A stretch of 64,000 bases of DNA from Octopus vulgaris (Eukaryota), in the NCBI GenBank assembly GCA_951406725.2, contig OX597819.1:115754001-115818000 (forward strand), written 5' to 3'. Below the pieces are notes generated by a model that was given only the letters and a program-made list of their open reading frames with translations, did no database searches and was not told the origin of the DNA. Below are positions 40,085 through 53,777 of this stretch, in pieces. The translations under genes and the position numbers were made by a program. Numbering within the stretch: position 1 is the stretch's first letter; each line of letters begins with the position of its first letter.

Positions 40085-40293
40085 ACTCTTTTACTCTTTT
40101 ACTTGTTTCAGTCATTTGACTGCGGCCATGCTGAAGCAACGCCTTTAGTCGAGCAAATCGACCCCGGGACTTATTCTTTTTGTAAGCCCAGTACTTATTC
40201 TATCGGTCTCTTTTGCCGAACCGCTAAGTTACGGGGACGTAAACACACCAGCATCGGTTGTCAAGCAATGCTAGGGGGACAAACACAGGCACA

Positions 40294-40334
<41 letters not shown>

Positions 40335-40519
40335 ATATATATATATACATATATACGACAGGCTTCTTTCAGTTTCCGTCTACCAAATCCACTCACAAGG
40401 CATTGGTCGGCCCGGGGCTATAGCAGAAGACACTTGCCCAAGATGCCACGCAGTGGGCCTGAACCCGGAACCATGTGGTTGGTTAGCAAGCTACTTACCA
40501 CACTGCCAGTCCTGCGCCT
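40085..40519 (-). mobile_element. SINE family A, full length
   Basis: Full match; same subfamily variants as 53028-53420. Confidence 0.95.
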
Positions 40520-40568
40520 ATGTGTATATAAATATGCAAATATATATATCGTTGCCATTACGTTAAAA

Positions 40569-40870
40569 GTGGAGGCGCAATGATGCAGTGGTTAGGGCAG
40601 CGGACTCGTGGTCGGAGGATCGCGGTCTCGAATCCCAGACCGGGCGTTGTGTGTGTTTATTGAGCGAGAAACACCTAAAAGCTCCACGACGTTCTGGCAG
40701 GACGTGGTGGCGCCCCCTGTTGTACTTTTCGTCACAACTTTCTCTCACTCTCTCTTCCTGTAACTCTGCGATAGTCTGGCGTCCTGTCCACCTGGTGGGG
40801 AACACATACGCCACAGAAATCGGGAAACCGGGCAATGAGCCTGGCTAAGTTTGAAAAAGACGAAAAGAAA
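40569..40870 (+). mobile_element. SINE family C, tail type 2
   Basis: Shared head/core; different tail (GCGATAGTCTGGCGTCCTGTCCA..GGAAACCGGG..ATGAGCC); TSD TTA(C/T)GTTAAAA. Confidence 0.88.
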
Positions 40871-41126
40871 AAAGAATTATGTTAAAATTATGTCGTATGT
40901 CCAAATTTAGACGAATGCGTTTGTTTCAATATTCATTTTTGCTTGTAATAGCCGGTTCTTTTGGTCAAACTATCGTATCTCCAGTTGCTACATATATCAA
41001 GATATCAAAAATTGTCAGAGTGTAGTACAACGGTTTTGCTCTGAAATGGTGAAACAAATTTTCCGTTTTCTGAAAAAGTAACATTTTGGACTTACGACAT
41101 TTTTGCATAATAGCAACGATATATAC

Positions 41127-41157
<31 letters not shown>

Positions 41158-42039
41158 TGTATGTATGTATGTATGTATGTATGTATGTATGTATGTATGT
41201 ATGTATGTATGTATGTATGCATGTATATATATATTTATGTGCATATATGTATATGCTGAAAGGTCTAGTAAAAGTTAAAGCCTTTACTCTCTACTTGTAT
41301 TGAACTATATATTTTTTGTCCTCTGTGTTAGTATTTCACTTAACTGATTTTACAAGAATTATCTCCCTTGCTTGTCATTTTACTTTCGCGTGCGTGTGTA
41401 TGTAGGTGTGTGTATTTATGTATGTAAGTATGTATGAGTGCATGTATGTATGCATGAATATTTGCTTATTCAATATGCAGAATGTTCCTCTAAATACTCA
41501 CTCTCACCCATTTAAACGTTATCTATCATTAGCATCACAACTCTCTGTATATTCTATTATATAAACTATTGAGAATTGCTGAGGAGGTTTAATAAGATTG
41601 AAATATGTCTGGTGGTGTCAACATTTCTCCTTAAGGAAAGATATCCACTTGTATACACAGTCATTTGGTTTTTGAAAATTTCAGGTAATCGATCTGATCG
41701 GACTTTTCTCCCCGTTCCGTTCCCACTTCAGCTTAATAAGAAATATTTGAGAAACGGATTTGTCTACATTCTCTCTCACAGACACACACAAAATTTCAGT
41801 GAACACACACGTACACAAAAATGTATGTACCTGTGTGTGTGTGTATGTGTGAATATACGCATGAATACATGTTTGTATGGATATATTGGTATATGCACGT
41901 ATTACGTAATGCAAGTATTCGTATATGTATGCATGTATGTGTATAGACATTCATATATGTATTTGTGCATATATGAATATGTATAAGTATATATATATAT
42001 GTATATATATATGTATATATATATATACATATATATATG

Positions 42040-42075
<36 letters not shown>

Positions 42076-42156
42076 GTGTGTGTGTGTGTATAGGGAAAAC
42101 ATGAATGCATGTGTGTATAAATGAATATACACATGTATATAAATATGTATATATGT

Positions 42157-42639
42157 TTATATATATATATATAAAAGGCAGTTTGTCTGTCTGTGTGTCT
42201 GTCAGGTTGTACCCTCACCCTGACCACGGCTTTCAACCGATTCTGATGAAACTTGACACACACATAGCCCAATGTCATAATTCAAAACTAACTAAAATTT
42301 TGAAAAGTTCCCCCAGTTCTGAAAAAAATCGATAAATTCGACATGGGGTCGAGAATCTAAGCTTATCATACACATTTTCCGTTGTAGTTTTCGCAACTTG
42401 CAATCGATTTTCACCAAACTCATGGTGAAGCTTAATGTTACCCTAAGGAATTTAATTCTGACGTTAGTTTTCCATGCAATACCTTGCAAGGGAACGGTGC
42501 CTTGAATGCCTTAATGCCTTTTAGGCTTCATTTTACAAAATAATGGTTCAATGAGTACAAAAAAGGGTAAACAGGTAAAGGGCATTGCTTATCGACAAAG
42601 ATTCTTACATACCCGGGCAACGCCGGGCTATATTGCTAG
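42157..42639 (+). mobile_element. Non-autonomous Helitron
   Basis: Begins in (TA)n-AAAAGGCAGTTTGTCTGTCTG; 3' hairpin CCCGGGCAACGCCGGG followed by CTAG|T. Confidence 0.88.
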
Positions 42640-42928
42640 TATATATATATGCAGATATGTAGATATACATACACATGCGTGTTTGTGTGTGATTGTTTGT
42701 TTATATACAGTGTATATGTGCGTTTTTGTGTGTGTATATGTATATATGCGCGTGTGTAGGAAAAGAACACTTTTTTTTAGATTTTTCTTTTATCAGACAT
42801 TTTACAAAAGGAAATGAGAAGTTGAACATTTTGGAGACGATGGTAAGGGAAAATGAATATTTTGAGAAATTTACGCTTTTCGATTCCAGCATAATTCGAC
42901 GAGAGAATAGTGTCTCACTTATAATCTT

Positions 42929-42975
<47 letters not shown>

Positions 42976-44350
42976 CCATCCTATGTCTCATTGTGTGCGT
43001 ATGTGTGTATGTATGTGTGTGTATGTATGTGTGTGTATGTGTGTGTTTGTATGTGTCAGCGCGCCTATGCATGTATGCATGAACGTTTGTATGTGTCTAT
43101 GAAAGTTCACATGCATGTATATTTGCAAACACACACATGTATATGTATATATACATACATACAGATATTACTTATAAACGCATATATGTAAGTATATATA
43201 TCTATACACACACAGACACACACACACATACATATATAAACTCACATATTATATGAATGATTAACTGAGTATGTATGTATGTATCTATCTAATTATATGT
43301 ACACATATATACATACATAAATTATACATATATATGTCTATACAAATATATATGTGTATATATGTATGCATGTATAACATGTAACCACACCCACCCACAC
43401 ACGCGCGCACACACACCTCCACACACACACACCCATATATATATTTATATAGACATACATACATGCATACATTCATACATACATACATACATAATACATA
43501 CATACATACATAATACATACATACATAATACATACATACATACATACATACATACATACATACATACATACATACGTATATACATATATATACGTGCGTG
43601 TGCAAGTGTGTGCCGATATGCGTGTATAGAAACATATTTGTAAGTAAAATCTTTTCCTCTAGAGTTTTAGATAATAGTTATCCTAACACATCCAACCAAT
43701 AAGTATTTCTTCTCTTTAATTTTTACCTTTCGTTCATATTTCTTTTTGTGTCTCGAAAACCTTAGTTCATAGAATATTATTAAATTGCTATCAAATTATA
43801 CCAGCAGTAGAGTTATTTATATATTTAAACTTGAAGATGCTGAAGTAATAAAGCAGAAGAAGAATAAACTAAATACAAAGGAAGAAAAAAGAAAAAAAAC
43901 GACGTGGAAAGCTAATAGAAAATTGGTTATTTGTTAAAAAAAGATATATTTATCGAGAAATAACCAGTTGTGAATATACGACATTTAAGTAGGGATGGTC
44001 GTGGTGGAGTAGGCAGGATAGAATTTGTTTTTTTATTATATTTTTCACTAAGTTGCCCTTGATGTCGTCGGTGGTATGTTGCAACCTAATCGAGTAGGTC
44101 AGTGTTCGAAAGTATTGATTGCAGCCGTGGCCATCCTGTCTTATTTTGAAGAGTCTCTAAAAATTTCATTAGAAAAATACAGATATGGACGTGTGGCTAA
44201 GAATCCTGCTTTGAAACCACGTGGTTTTCAGTTCAGTCCTCTACTGTAGCGTCGGACTAACAAATACCGTCTGAGTTTAGTAAAAGGAAACTGCTTGAAA
44301 TCCCGTCGTAAATAAATATATATGCATATCTATATATATATATATATATA

Positions 44351-44514
44351 TAGGCGTAGGAGTGGCTGTGTGGTAAGTAGCTTGCTTACCAACCACATGG
44401 TACCGGGTTTAGTTCCACTGCGTGGCACCTTGAGCAAATGTCTTCTACTATAGCCTCGGGCGGACCAAAGCCTTGTGAGTGGATTTGGTGGACGGAAACA
44501 GAAAGAAGTCCGTC

Positions 44515-44562
<48 letters not shown>

Positions 44563-44781
44563 ATGTGTGTATGTTTGTGTGTCTGTGTTTGTCCCCCCCC
44601 CCCAGCATCCCTTGACAACTGATGCTGGTGTATTTACGTCCCCTTAACTTAGCGGTCCGGCAAAAGAGACCGATAGAATAAGTACTAGGCTTGCAAAGAA
44701 TAATTCCCGGGGTCGATTTGTTCGACTAAAGGCGGTGTTCCAGCATGGCTGCAGTCGAATGACTGAAACAAGTAAAAGAGT
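44351..44781 (+). mobile_element. SINE family A, full length, nested in an older family-A relative (44180-45060)
   Basis: Full match; degenerate 5' half at 44180-44310 and 3' half at 44850-45060 flank it. Confidence 0.9.
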
Positions 44782-45724
44782 ATATATGCGTGTGTGTATG
44801 CGTGTGTACGCGTGTGTGTAGGTGTGTGTTTGTGAGTCTTTATGTTTATATTTGTGCCAACCACACCACACCATACCACTTGACAATAAGTATTGGTTTG
44901 TTTTACATCCTTATACCTTAACGGTACGATAAAGACACCGATAAATTAAGTACCACACTTAAAATTATATATTGGGATCAATGTATTCGATTGATCCCTT
45001 CAACACTGTTCCCCAGCATATCTGCAGTCCAACGACTGAAACAGGTTAAATATAAAAGATAATGATAAGTCGTCGTTCGAAGGCGGTGAATTAGCACAGT
45101 TGCTAGACCGTCAGATAGAACACCTCGAATTACGTGCTTCGTCTCTCTGAGTTCAAATCCTACCTATCCCTTTCATCATTTTAGGTTCGATTAAAAAACA
45201 AAATGCCAACCCTGCGGGATGGACTGGTGGAATTCTTAGAAGTTTGGACAACATACCTTGTGGTAACGGCTTCGGGCCTTTTGAATTATGACAACAATGA
45301 GGTCAATCGTAACAAATTGTTCGGCCTAAAGCAGCGGGCTTTACTTTGGTGGCACGGAGAAGGGAAACTTGTATGGTGCTGTCCGAATGAAGCACGGTTG
45401 TATAGAAGTTATATCATAGGCTCGGTTGCCTTAAGTTCATCTTAAAGTTGTTTATCTTTTTTCAGCCAATTATCTTTCACTGTAGAAATGACGAATGCAC
45501 CTTCGATAGAGGCTAACCTTTCGAAGAACCATTTCTGTCCAACGTGTTGATTATTACAACAAATCTATAAGAAGTATGAAAGGTAAATGAAATGAAACCT
45601 TAGTGACACCAACAGGAATAAAATTTGGTGTATTCTTACAATTCTACAGTTGTCCCATCATTCATAAGAACATAGGAACATTGACAGAGTGAAGTGTTTC
45701 TCCAGCTGTTCGTTTGAATATATA

Positions 45725-46136
45725 CTTTTATTCTTTTATTCTTTTACTCGTTTTAGTCATTTGACTGCGATCGTGCGGGAGCACTACCTTAAAGAGTTTG
45801 TAGTCGTAGATATCGACCTCAGGACTTATTCTTTGGAAGCCTAGTACTTATTCTATCGGTCTTATTTGTCAAACCGCTAAGTTACAGAGAGGTAAACACA
45901 CCAACATCGGTTGTCAAGCAATGGTGGAAGGAGGGCAAATATGGACACACAGACACAGACACTGACACATCCACACAAACACCCCCCCCCACAAAATATA
46001 TATACGACTCACAAAGTTTTGGTCAGCCTGTGTCTATAGTAGAAGTCACCAGCCCAATGTACCACGCAGTGAGACTGAACCTGGAACCATGCAGTTGGGA
46101 AGCAAGCTTCTTACCACACAACCACGACTGCACCTA
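45725..46136 (-). mobile_element. SINE family A, older copy
   Basis: Diverged match over head and tail. Confidence 0.85.
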
Positions 46137-46545
46137 TATAATAAATATATAATAAATAAATTTTCAATGTTCTCAGAAAACATTTGTAATAAGATTATGG
46201 AATCGTTAGCGAATCGGATAAAATGCTGAGTACCAATCCTTCAGTTATTTACACTCTGGGTTGAAATTTCGATCTAGCTTTTCATCGTTTCGGGGTCGAT
46301 AAAATAAAGTATCACTTCAATACTGTTGACGATGTAATCGATTTATTCCGCTCCCTTAAAATTGCTATTCTTTTTTTGCTGAAATTTGAAAACATTATTT
46401 TATTTTTTGTTGAGTTTGAAAGAAGTGTCAGGGCCCATGACCTTTGCAATCCCTCCCAGACATATATGCAAACAGACGTATATACATGCATGCATACATA
46501 CATACATATACACATACATGCAAACATACATACATATACACATAC

Positions 46546-46590
<45 letters not shown>

Positions 46591-46699
46591 CACATACATA
46601 TACACATACATAGATATACACATACATACATATATAATGTTTGTAAACAAAATCAATTGAGTTAAGCACTAGGGTAGTAGTAATTATAAAAATCTTAAG

Positions 46700-46980
46700 T
46701 AAGCTTTGCAGCCATGTGGTTTCGGGTTCAGTCCCACTGCGCGGAAAATCTCTGCTAATGTGGCTACGGGCTAACCAATGCCTTGTGAGTGAATTTGGTG
46801 AAGGAACCGTGGAAGCCTGTTTCTCTCTCTTTTTCTCTGTCTCTCTGTCTCTCTCTGTCTCTCTCTGTCTCTCTGTCTCTCTCTCTCTCACTCTCTGTTT
46901 GTCTGTCTTCAAATTGTCTTTCTAAAACTTTTAGGGCGGTGCTCCGACGTACCACAGTCCAGTACCTGAAATAAGTAAAA
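46700..46980 (+). mobile_element. SINE family A, degenerate
   Basis: GGTTCAGTCCCACTGCG..GCCTTGTGAGTGAATTTGG..GGCGGTGCTCC..CTGAAATAAGTAAAA. Confidence 0.7.
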
Positions 46981-47064
46981 CGTATCGGATTAAAGAAATA
47001 ACCAGTGGCTGATTGCTAAAATTATAAAATTGCATAAATAAATAAATAAATAAATAGATAAATA

Positions 47065-47215
47065 AAAAGAGCACTCTGAGAGCGCAAACCCTTCGCCAAG
47101 GCAACACCAATGTCCTCTCAACGATTAGCCGGAGATGATTTTTAAAATGAGAATATCTGAAATAAACTCGACTCCTCTCACAAACAAGAATACTAAAAAT
47201 GAACCCGATTGCACT
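47065..47215 (-). mobile_element. HINE/DINE-1-like element, 3' fragment (same family as 23458-23808)
   Basis: Reverse complement of 23670-23808, including terminal GCGCTCTCAGAGTGC hairpin. Confidence 0.85.
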
Positions 47216-47224
47216 ATAACATAA

Positions 47225-47582
47225 TGGTTTCAAATTTTGCCATAGAACCTGTTATGTTTGAGAGGAGGTGACAAGTTGATGATATCGTCCCCAATATTCA
47301 AATGTTATTTCATTTTATCGACCCCGAAAGGAGAAAAGGCAAAAATGACATCGGTGGAATTTGAATCACGAACGTAGAGTTGGATGAAATGCTGTTCAGT
47401 TTTTTGTGTGACGAAGTAACGATTCAGCAAGATTACCGCTGATCTATAACGTAATCTTTTCTACTCTAGGCACAAAGCCCGAAATTTTTGGGGGAAGAGA
47501 CCAGCCGATTAGGTCGACCCCATTACACAACTGGTGCTTAATTTATCGACCCCGAAAGGATGAAAGGCAAAGTCGACCTCGT
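47225..47582 (-). mobile_element. Two family-B SINE pieces (old full-length + truncated)
   Basis: Repeated TTTATCGACCCCGAAAGG..AAAGGCAAA domain. Confidence 0.8.
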
Positions 47583-48276
47583 GATCAAATGAGATAGTGA
47601 GACATAGTTGTAGCGAGCTGGAGCAGAAGAAAAATTCTTCGTATAGGAAAGATTCTTAAAAATAACAGCCAGTCCCTCCAAAAATGCTCCCTTCTACACC
47701 TATAACAGGGAGAGCATATCAGAAAATTAAGTATTGGATATAACTAGAAAATTGATTAGATCGACATTGCTGGAAAGCCTTACATCATAGGACTGCTTGA
47801 TTATATCTCAGAGTTAAAAGAGCAGAACATGTACTTTCTGAGAAAAGAAGAAAGGGTTAAGTGAAGACAAACATTGCTGGTTTGTTTCATGGACCAGTAT
47901 ACATATGCAGACGCACACACAGGCACATACGAACACAAAAGTGCACGCACACACACATACGCAGGCACATACGCAAGCACATTCGTACGTACACACGCAC
48001 GCACATGTCTTTGCCATTGTTAGTCTGTATCCAGCTGTTTATTTGCTTACTTCTCTGTTTGACTTCCTCATTGAACTTCATATGACTTTGAATGACTGTC
48101 AAAACGTTCGCCTCCCCGTATCTATGTATGTATGTATGTATGTATGTATGTATGTATGTATGTATGTATGTATCTATCTATCTATCTATCCACTTTTTTC
48201 CTTCTCTTACCAGAAAGAAAAGCTCTATTTTGTATTTTGTCCTTTCCGTGTTCAGCCCTGCGTGTCCAATAAAGAA

Positions 48277-48374
<98 letters not shown>

Positions 48375-48432
48375 GATATAAATAAAAAAATATATATGCA
48401 TATATAGATACATATATGTACTTACATATATA

Positions 48433-48819
48433 CAGGACGTCACAAAACGTAAGCAACATGAAATACGAAAAGAACATGAAATATGAAGGCAAATTTTTTA
48501 TGCTAACAACGAGAGAAACAAATAGAAAACAAGACAAATAATATAAAGAAAGATGCGTCATATCAGTTGTCGGCTGTTCATCTACTCCACATTTCGAGTT
48601 TCGAGCAATTAACGGCAATATGAGGCTTCGGAAAACAGTTGCTCCCGCAAACCAAAATTAAATTTGGGATTTTGCGGAGGATCAAAATTGGTAAGTGTCT
48701 TTCTTTACGTTACTTGACTTGTTTTCTATTTGTTTCTCTCGTTGTTCGTATACTCAAATTTGCCTTCGTATTTTATGTTGTTTTCGTATTTCATGTTGTT
48801 TACGTTTTGTAACGTCCTG
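48433..48819. mobile_element. Element with ~120-bp terminal inverted repeats flanked by TA (MITE, or Penelope-type inverted structure)
   Basis: 48433-48551 vs 48698-48819 reverse-complement match; TA|CAGGACG...CGTCCTG|TA. Confidence 0.8.
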
Positions 48820-48912
48820 TACCCATATACACACACATGTTTATATATACGCATATATATGTAAGCATGAACATATATGTGTGTGTAAATGCATATATAT
48901 ATGAGAGAGAGA

Positions 48913-48952
<40 letters not shown>

Positions 48953-49198
48953 TGAGAGGAGAGAGAAAGGGAGAGATTGAGTAGGATGAAATACTATAGT
49001 GAAGCTGTGGAAGCATTCTGTAGAACAAAATGCAATTTCGAAAACGTATTGAAATCTTTGTTTTCTATTCCTCTTAATGAAAACACAAGCACACAATTGA
49101 TCCTAACTCACACACTCACACACACGCACAGTATACACATAAATACACTACACACGCACACACACACACATACACACACATATATATGTTTGTGTGAC

Positions 49199-49235
<37 letters not shown>

Positions 49236-49236
49236 A

Positions 49237-49285
<49 letters not shown>

Positions 49286-49757
49286 CTGCCTTTCTATTAC
49301 ATATATTTGTACTTATGCATGTATCTAGCTTTCTAAGCTACTTATGTCTCTGCTTCCGTCTCTGTACTTCAATATATTGGCTGTCTGTCTAAATGTCCGT
49401 CCGTGTTTCGGTTTGACTATTTAATTGCGCATGTAAACAGAAAATAAATGGAACCAAATCGCAAAACAATATAGTAAAAATTCCTTAATAAACACCCTCA
49501 CTTCAATAACCTTGCTACACAGTAACACCCTCTTAACAAGACAACACACTTTTATTAACAAAACCACAGGAAATAAGTAACAAAATATACGTGACTCTTT
49601 TAATCTTTTAGCAATATAGACTTTAAAAATATCTCCATTTTGTCAAGTAAATGCAAAGAAATATCTTGATAAAGAGAATTGTAGCCCATCTCTCTCTATG
49701 TACACACGTGCATTTATACAGACAGCCATATGTAGAATATAATGTGTGCGTAAATAA

Positions 49758-49824
<67 letters not shown>

Positions 49825-50002
49825 TATATACTCACACACAAATGAATATGTGATTTGTATGTATACGTCAATATAGACGTGTACATACTTGAATACGGTC
49901 TATGTATGACGTACACTAAACGTGATCTTGTTTTATACAGCCATTTATATATGACATATTTTCGTAGCTTTGTAAATACGTCCACACATATACATACATG
50001 CA

Positions 50003-50036
<34 letters not shown>

Positions 50037-50663
50037 CATACATACATATACACATACATACATACATACATACATACATCATACATACATATATACATAC
50101 ATACATACATGCATACATACATACATACATACATACACTTATACATAGATACATACAATTGTTCATTCATAAATACAATCATACATACATATATACATAC
50201 ACACACACACACACATATATATATGTATGTACATATAATCATACGTCCATATATGTTTATGTTTGTAATTGAAAGAAATGAGCACAAAATAAATATTGCC
50301 GAGTTTATATTTTTTTATCGATTTCTTTTTCATTCTGTCTCCTTATTATGTGGTAAAAGTGCAGAGAAATTTGAATTTTTGACGAAATATTAAAACAGAA
50401 TTAGCATGCTTCTGGGTGTGGTAAAAGACTGGCTGTTTGAATTAGTGACAAACCTTAGGATGGGCTTCTTCTCAGTTTCCTTATATTCAGTTCCACTTAT
50501 AATTGTATTTTGTGAGACTATGACGGGAAACAGTTGATACAAGTGCCATGCATATGAATCGAACTCTGGCACTCTAAGGACACCGTTGTGGTTCGCGTCG
50601 GTAAGCTATGTTATTTCGAAAAATCGATAGAAAGAATTCAGTAAAGTTGCCGTAGAGTGGGAA

Positions 50664-50698
50664 ATCTAGTATTTCGGATAGAATCCTTCTTCAGAGAT
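50664..50698 (-). ncRNA. Minimal hammerhead-like motif (35 nt), U16.1 mutated
   Basis: Minus strand ATCT-CTGAAGA-A-GGAT-TCT-ATCC-GAAA-TA-CT-AGAT; stems I and II pair perfectly. Confidence 0.55.
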
Positions 50699-50774
50699 AA
50701 AATAACAGAAGTGAAATTAAAGGAGCAAATCAGAGTTTTAAATCCTCTATATTTGAAAAAACTGACTGTATATT

Positions 50775-51001
50775 CTTTATTGCCCACAAGGGGCTAAACA
50801 TAGACGGGACAAACAAGGACAGACAAAGGTATTAAATCGATTACATCGACCCCAGTGCGAAACTGATACTTTATTTATCGACCCCGGTAAGATGAAAGGC
50901 AAAGTCGACCTCGGCGGAATTTGAACTCAGAACGTAACGACAGACGAAATACCGGTAAGTATTTCGCCCGGCGCGCAAACGTTTCTGCCTGCTCGCCGCC
51001 T
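50775..51001 (-). mobile_element. SINE family B, full length
   Basis: Family match; TSD AAAAAACTG(AC/GT)TGTA. Confidence 0.93.
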
Positions 51002-51447
51002 AAAAAACTGGTTGTAATACACGGGGAACGTTAGGTCACCAGTTTCTTCTTCACAGAAGATATAAAACTTTATTTTGCTTAATTTCATTTCGAAACGGTG
51101 GATTTCCCACTATACGCGGATATTTAAGTGTAATCTTACAATAATTAAATGGTATGATAACATTAAATTATACATATTATGTACTGCGTAATGTAATTCT
51201 CCGTAAATTCCTATTTGGTGGTTCTCATGAATTTTATAGCCCACATTCTTGAAATTGTTATACCAGAATGCCTCGTTTAGAACATCTAATGCCAGGGCTG
51301 TTACATCAAGACATTATTAACCTGACCTAGAATCAAGCATTGAAGTCAAATTACATCCATTTAATATTTTTACATATATACCGTTTATTCCAGGTTTCCC
51401 TTTGTCTAAAAAGGTAATTTTCATCGCTTTTATGAGATCACTACAGG

Positions 51448-51897
51448 TGACGGTCGGTTACAGAATGCGCGGGCTAACACTACGCGCTTTCACTAGTCAG
51501 TTAAGGTGAGACAGTGTCACGTGACAACTTGCTGGGGCTGCCTGCTGGAGCCGAGCGGCAAGTATTTAAAGGGAAAAATTTGACAAGTCAGTCAGTCACC
51601 GGCTGACACTTGCTGACAATACATCGAAGAGGCTAGGGAACAGAAGAAAGAAGAAGAAAGAAGACATGCACCCAACACCAGAGCTGAAGACACCTCCGAA
51701 AAGGTGGGGCCCGCCACGTCAAAACAGTAGAGGAGTAGGGGCCGAAACCGGACGTGGTTCCTCCTGATGATATCTTGAGCTAACTGGATCCTATAAAGGA
51801 GCTGTTGTGGTAGCAGACCGCGAAACACGGTTGTAATTCCTGGTGCTAGTTCAGGCAGCCGTTAGCCGGGAACGGAACGTAAAATATGTTTATTACA
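51448..51897. mobile_element. Possible solo LTR
   Basis: GC-rich 450-bp island with TG...TTACA ends, TATTTAAA followed by TCAGTC; no clear TSD. Confidence 0.4.
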
Positions 51898-52190
51898 TTT
51901 CTACCTAATACCTCTCTTTTAGTGTCCCTTCATTTCAGCTAATTGATAGTTCTAATATTGATATCATACAGTGTTATTCCGAACTCTCCCTAATCTCTTG
52001 CATAAAAATATTTTCAGTATAATTGTGATATATTTCATAATTTTATAGCATTTCATTCACTTTTGTCAGTTCTTTATTAGTTTGTACCAGTTTCAGTTCA
52101 AGCCATTATTTAGCATTATACACGGTTCTTATCTGCCTATTCTATTTTTGTGGCCCTTTCTGCATACTATAATTGATTCGTGCAGCCATA

Positions 52191-52557
52191 GGAAGCATTC
52201 CGTCGGTTACGACGACGAGGGTTCCGGTTGATCCGAATCAACGGAACAGCCTGCTCGTGAAATTAACGTGTAAGTGGCTGAGCACTCCACAGACACGTGT
52301 ACCCTTAACGTAGTTCTCGGGGATATTCAGCGTGACACAGAGAGTGACAAGGCCGGCCCTTTGAAATACAGGTACAACAGAAACAGGAAGTAAGAGTGAG
52401 AGAAAGTTGTGGTGAAAGAGTACAGCAGGGATCACCCCCCCTGCCGGAGCCTCGTGGAGCTTTTAGGTGTTTTCGCTCAATAAACACTCACAATGCCCGG
52501 TCTGGGAATCGACACCGCGAGTCCGCTGCCCTAACCACTGGGCCATTGCGCCTCCAC
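52191..52557 (-). mobile_element. SINE family C, tail type 3, full length
   Basis: Shared head/core; TSD CGTGCAGCCATA at 52179 and 52558. Confidence 0.93.
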
Positions 52558-52944
52558 CGTGCAGCCATACATAATTTATTAATCTTAGAGAATGGATGTC
52601 ATAGGGAAATTACTCATTGATGCCGTCCACATGGAAAAGAATATTTAGGTTACTGTCACATTTTTTAATATAGAAAGTATAAAAAGTTAATTAAAAAAAA
52701 CCTTATGTGAATTATCAATACTAATATTATTTTCATAAAGTTTCGAAGAACAGGAGACAATTTCGGACATGTTCCGGCTTTATTAGACTCCCTCATTGAA
52801 ACATTGACGTCACTGTACTCACCTTAGTTAGACGATGGAAAAATCACTAATTAGATGTAAAATAACTTACAAGAATAGGCGCGAAAACTGTTATATTAAT
52901 AAAGTCAACAGGGAATTACACCTGTCTGTCTGTCTGTCTCTCTC

Positions 52945-52983
<39 letters not shown>

Positions 52984-52984
52984 G

Positions 52985-53027
<43 letters not shown>

Positions 53028-53418
53028 CTCTTTTACTTGTTTCAGTCATTTGACTGCGGCCATGCTGGAGCACCGCCTTTAGTCGATCAAATCGACCCCG
53101 GGACTTATTCTTTGTAAGCCCAGTACTTATTCTATCGGTCTCTTTTTGCCGAACCGCTAAATGACGGGAACGTAAACACACCAGCATCGGTTGTCAAGCA
53201 ATGCTAGGGGGACAAACACAGACACACAAACACACACATATATATATACATATATACGACAGGCTTCTTTCAGTTTCCGTCTACCAAATCCACTCACAAG
53301 GCATTGGTCGGCCCGGGGCTATATCAGAAGACACTTGCCCAAGATGCCACGCAGTGGGACTGAACCCGGAACCATGTGGTTGGTTAGCAAGCTACTTACC
53401 ACACAGCCACTCCTGCGC

Positions 53419-53420
<2 letters not shown>
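53028..53420 (-). mobile_element. SINE family A, full length
   Basis: Full match, embedded in (CTAT)n. Confidence 0.95.
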
Positions 53421-53497
<77 letters not shown>

Positions 53498-53499
<2 letters not shown>

Positions 53500-53684
53500 G
53501 GGAGAGTTTACGAAAAAAACAAAGACGAAGACGGGTGGTGTACAAAACAAACATATATATTAATATAACGCTCAGGAATAGAAAGTCTTTTACGTTTCGA
53601 GCCTACGCTCTTCTACAAAAATGTACACCAAAAAAACAAGGAGAGAAAATAATGTGTGTAGTGGCTAACAATCTACATGGCGTC
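53498..53684 (-). mobile_element. ~185-bp Penelope-type repeat with hammerhead-like motif (sibling of 20231-20414)
   Basis: Minus strand TTT-TTGTAGA-A-GAGC-GTAG-GCTC-GAAA-C-GTA-AAAG at 53587-53621; between (CTAT)n tracts. Confidence 0.7.
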
Positions 53685-53688
53685 TCTG

Positions 53689-53777
<89 letters not shown>

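Noticed and set aside
45203-45445. 80-aa ORF
   Set aside because: Overlaps degenerate SINE sequence; no domain or splice support.
51684-51706. CTGAAGA-CACCT-CCGAAA-AGGTG hairpin
   Set aside because: No GAAA after the stem; not a hammerhead.
52753-52791. Minus-strand hammerhead-like CTAATAA..GGAACATGTCC-GAAATTGTC
   Set aside because: Two core substitutions and a poor stem III.
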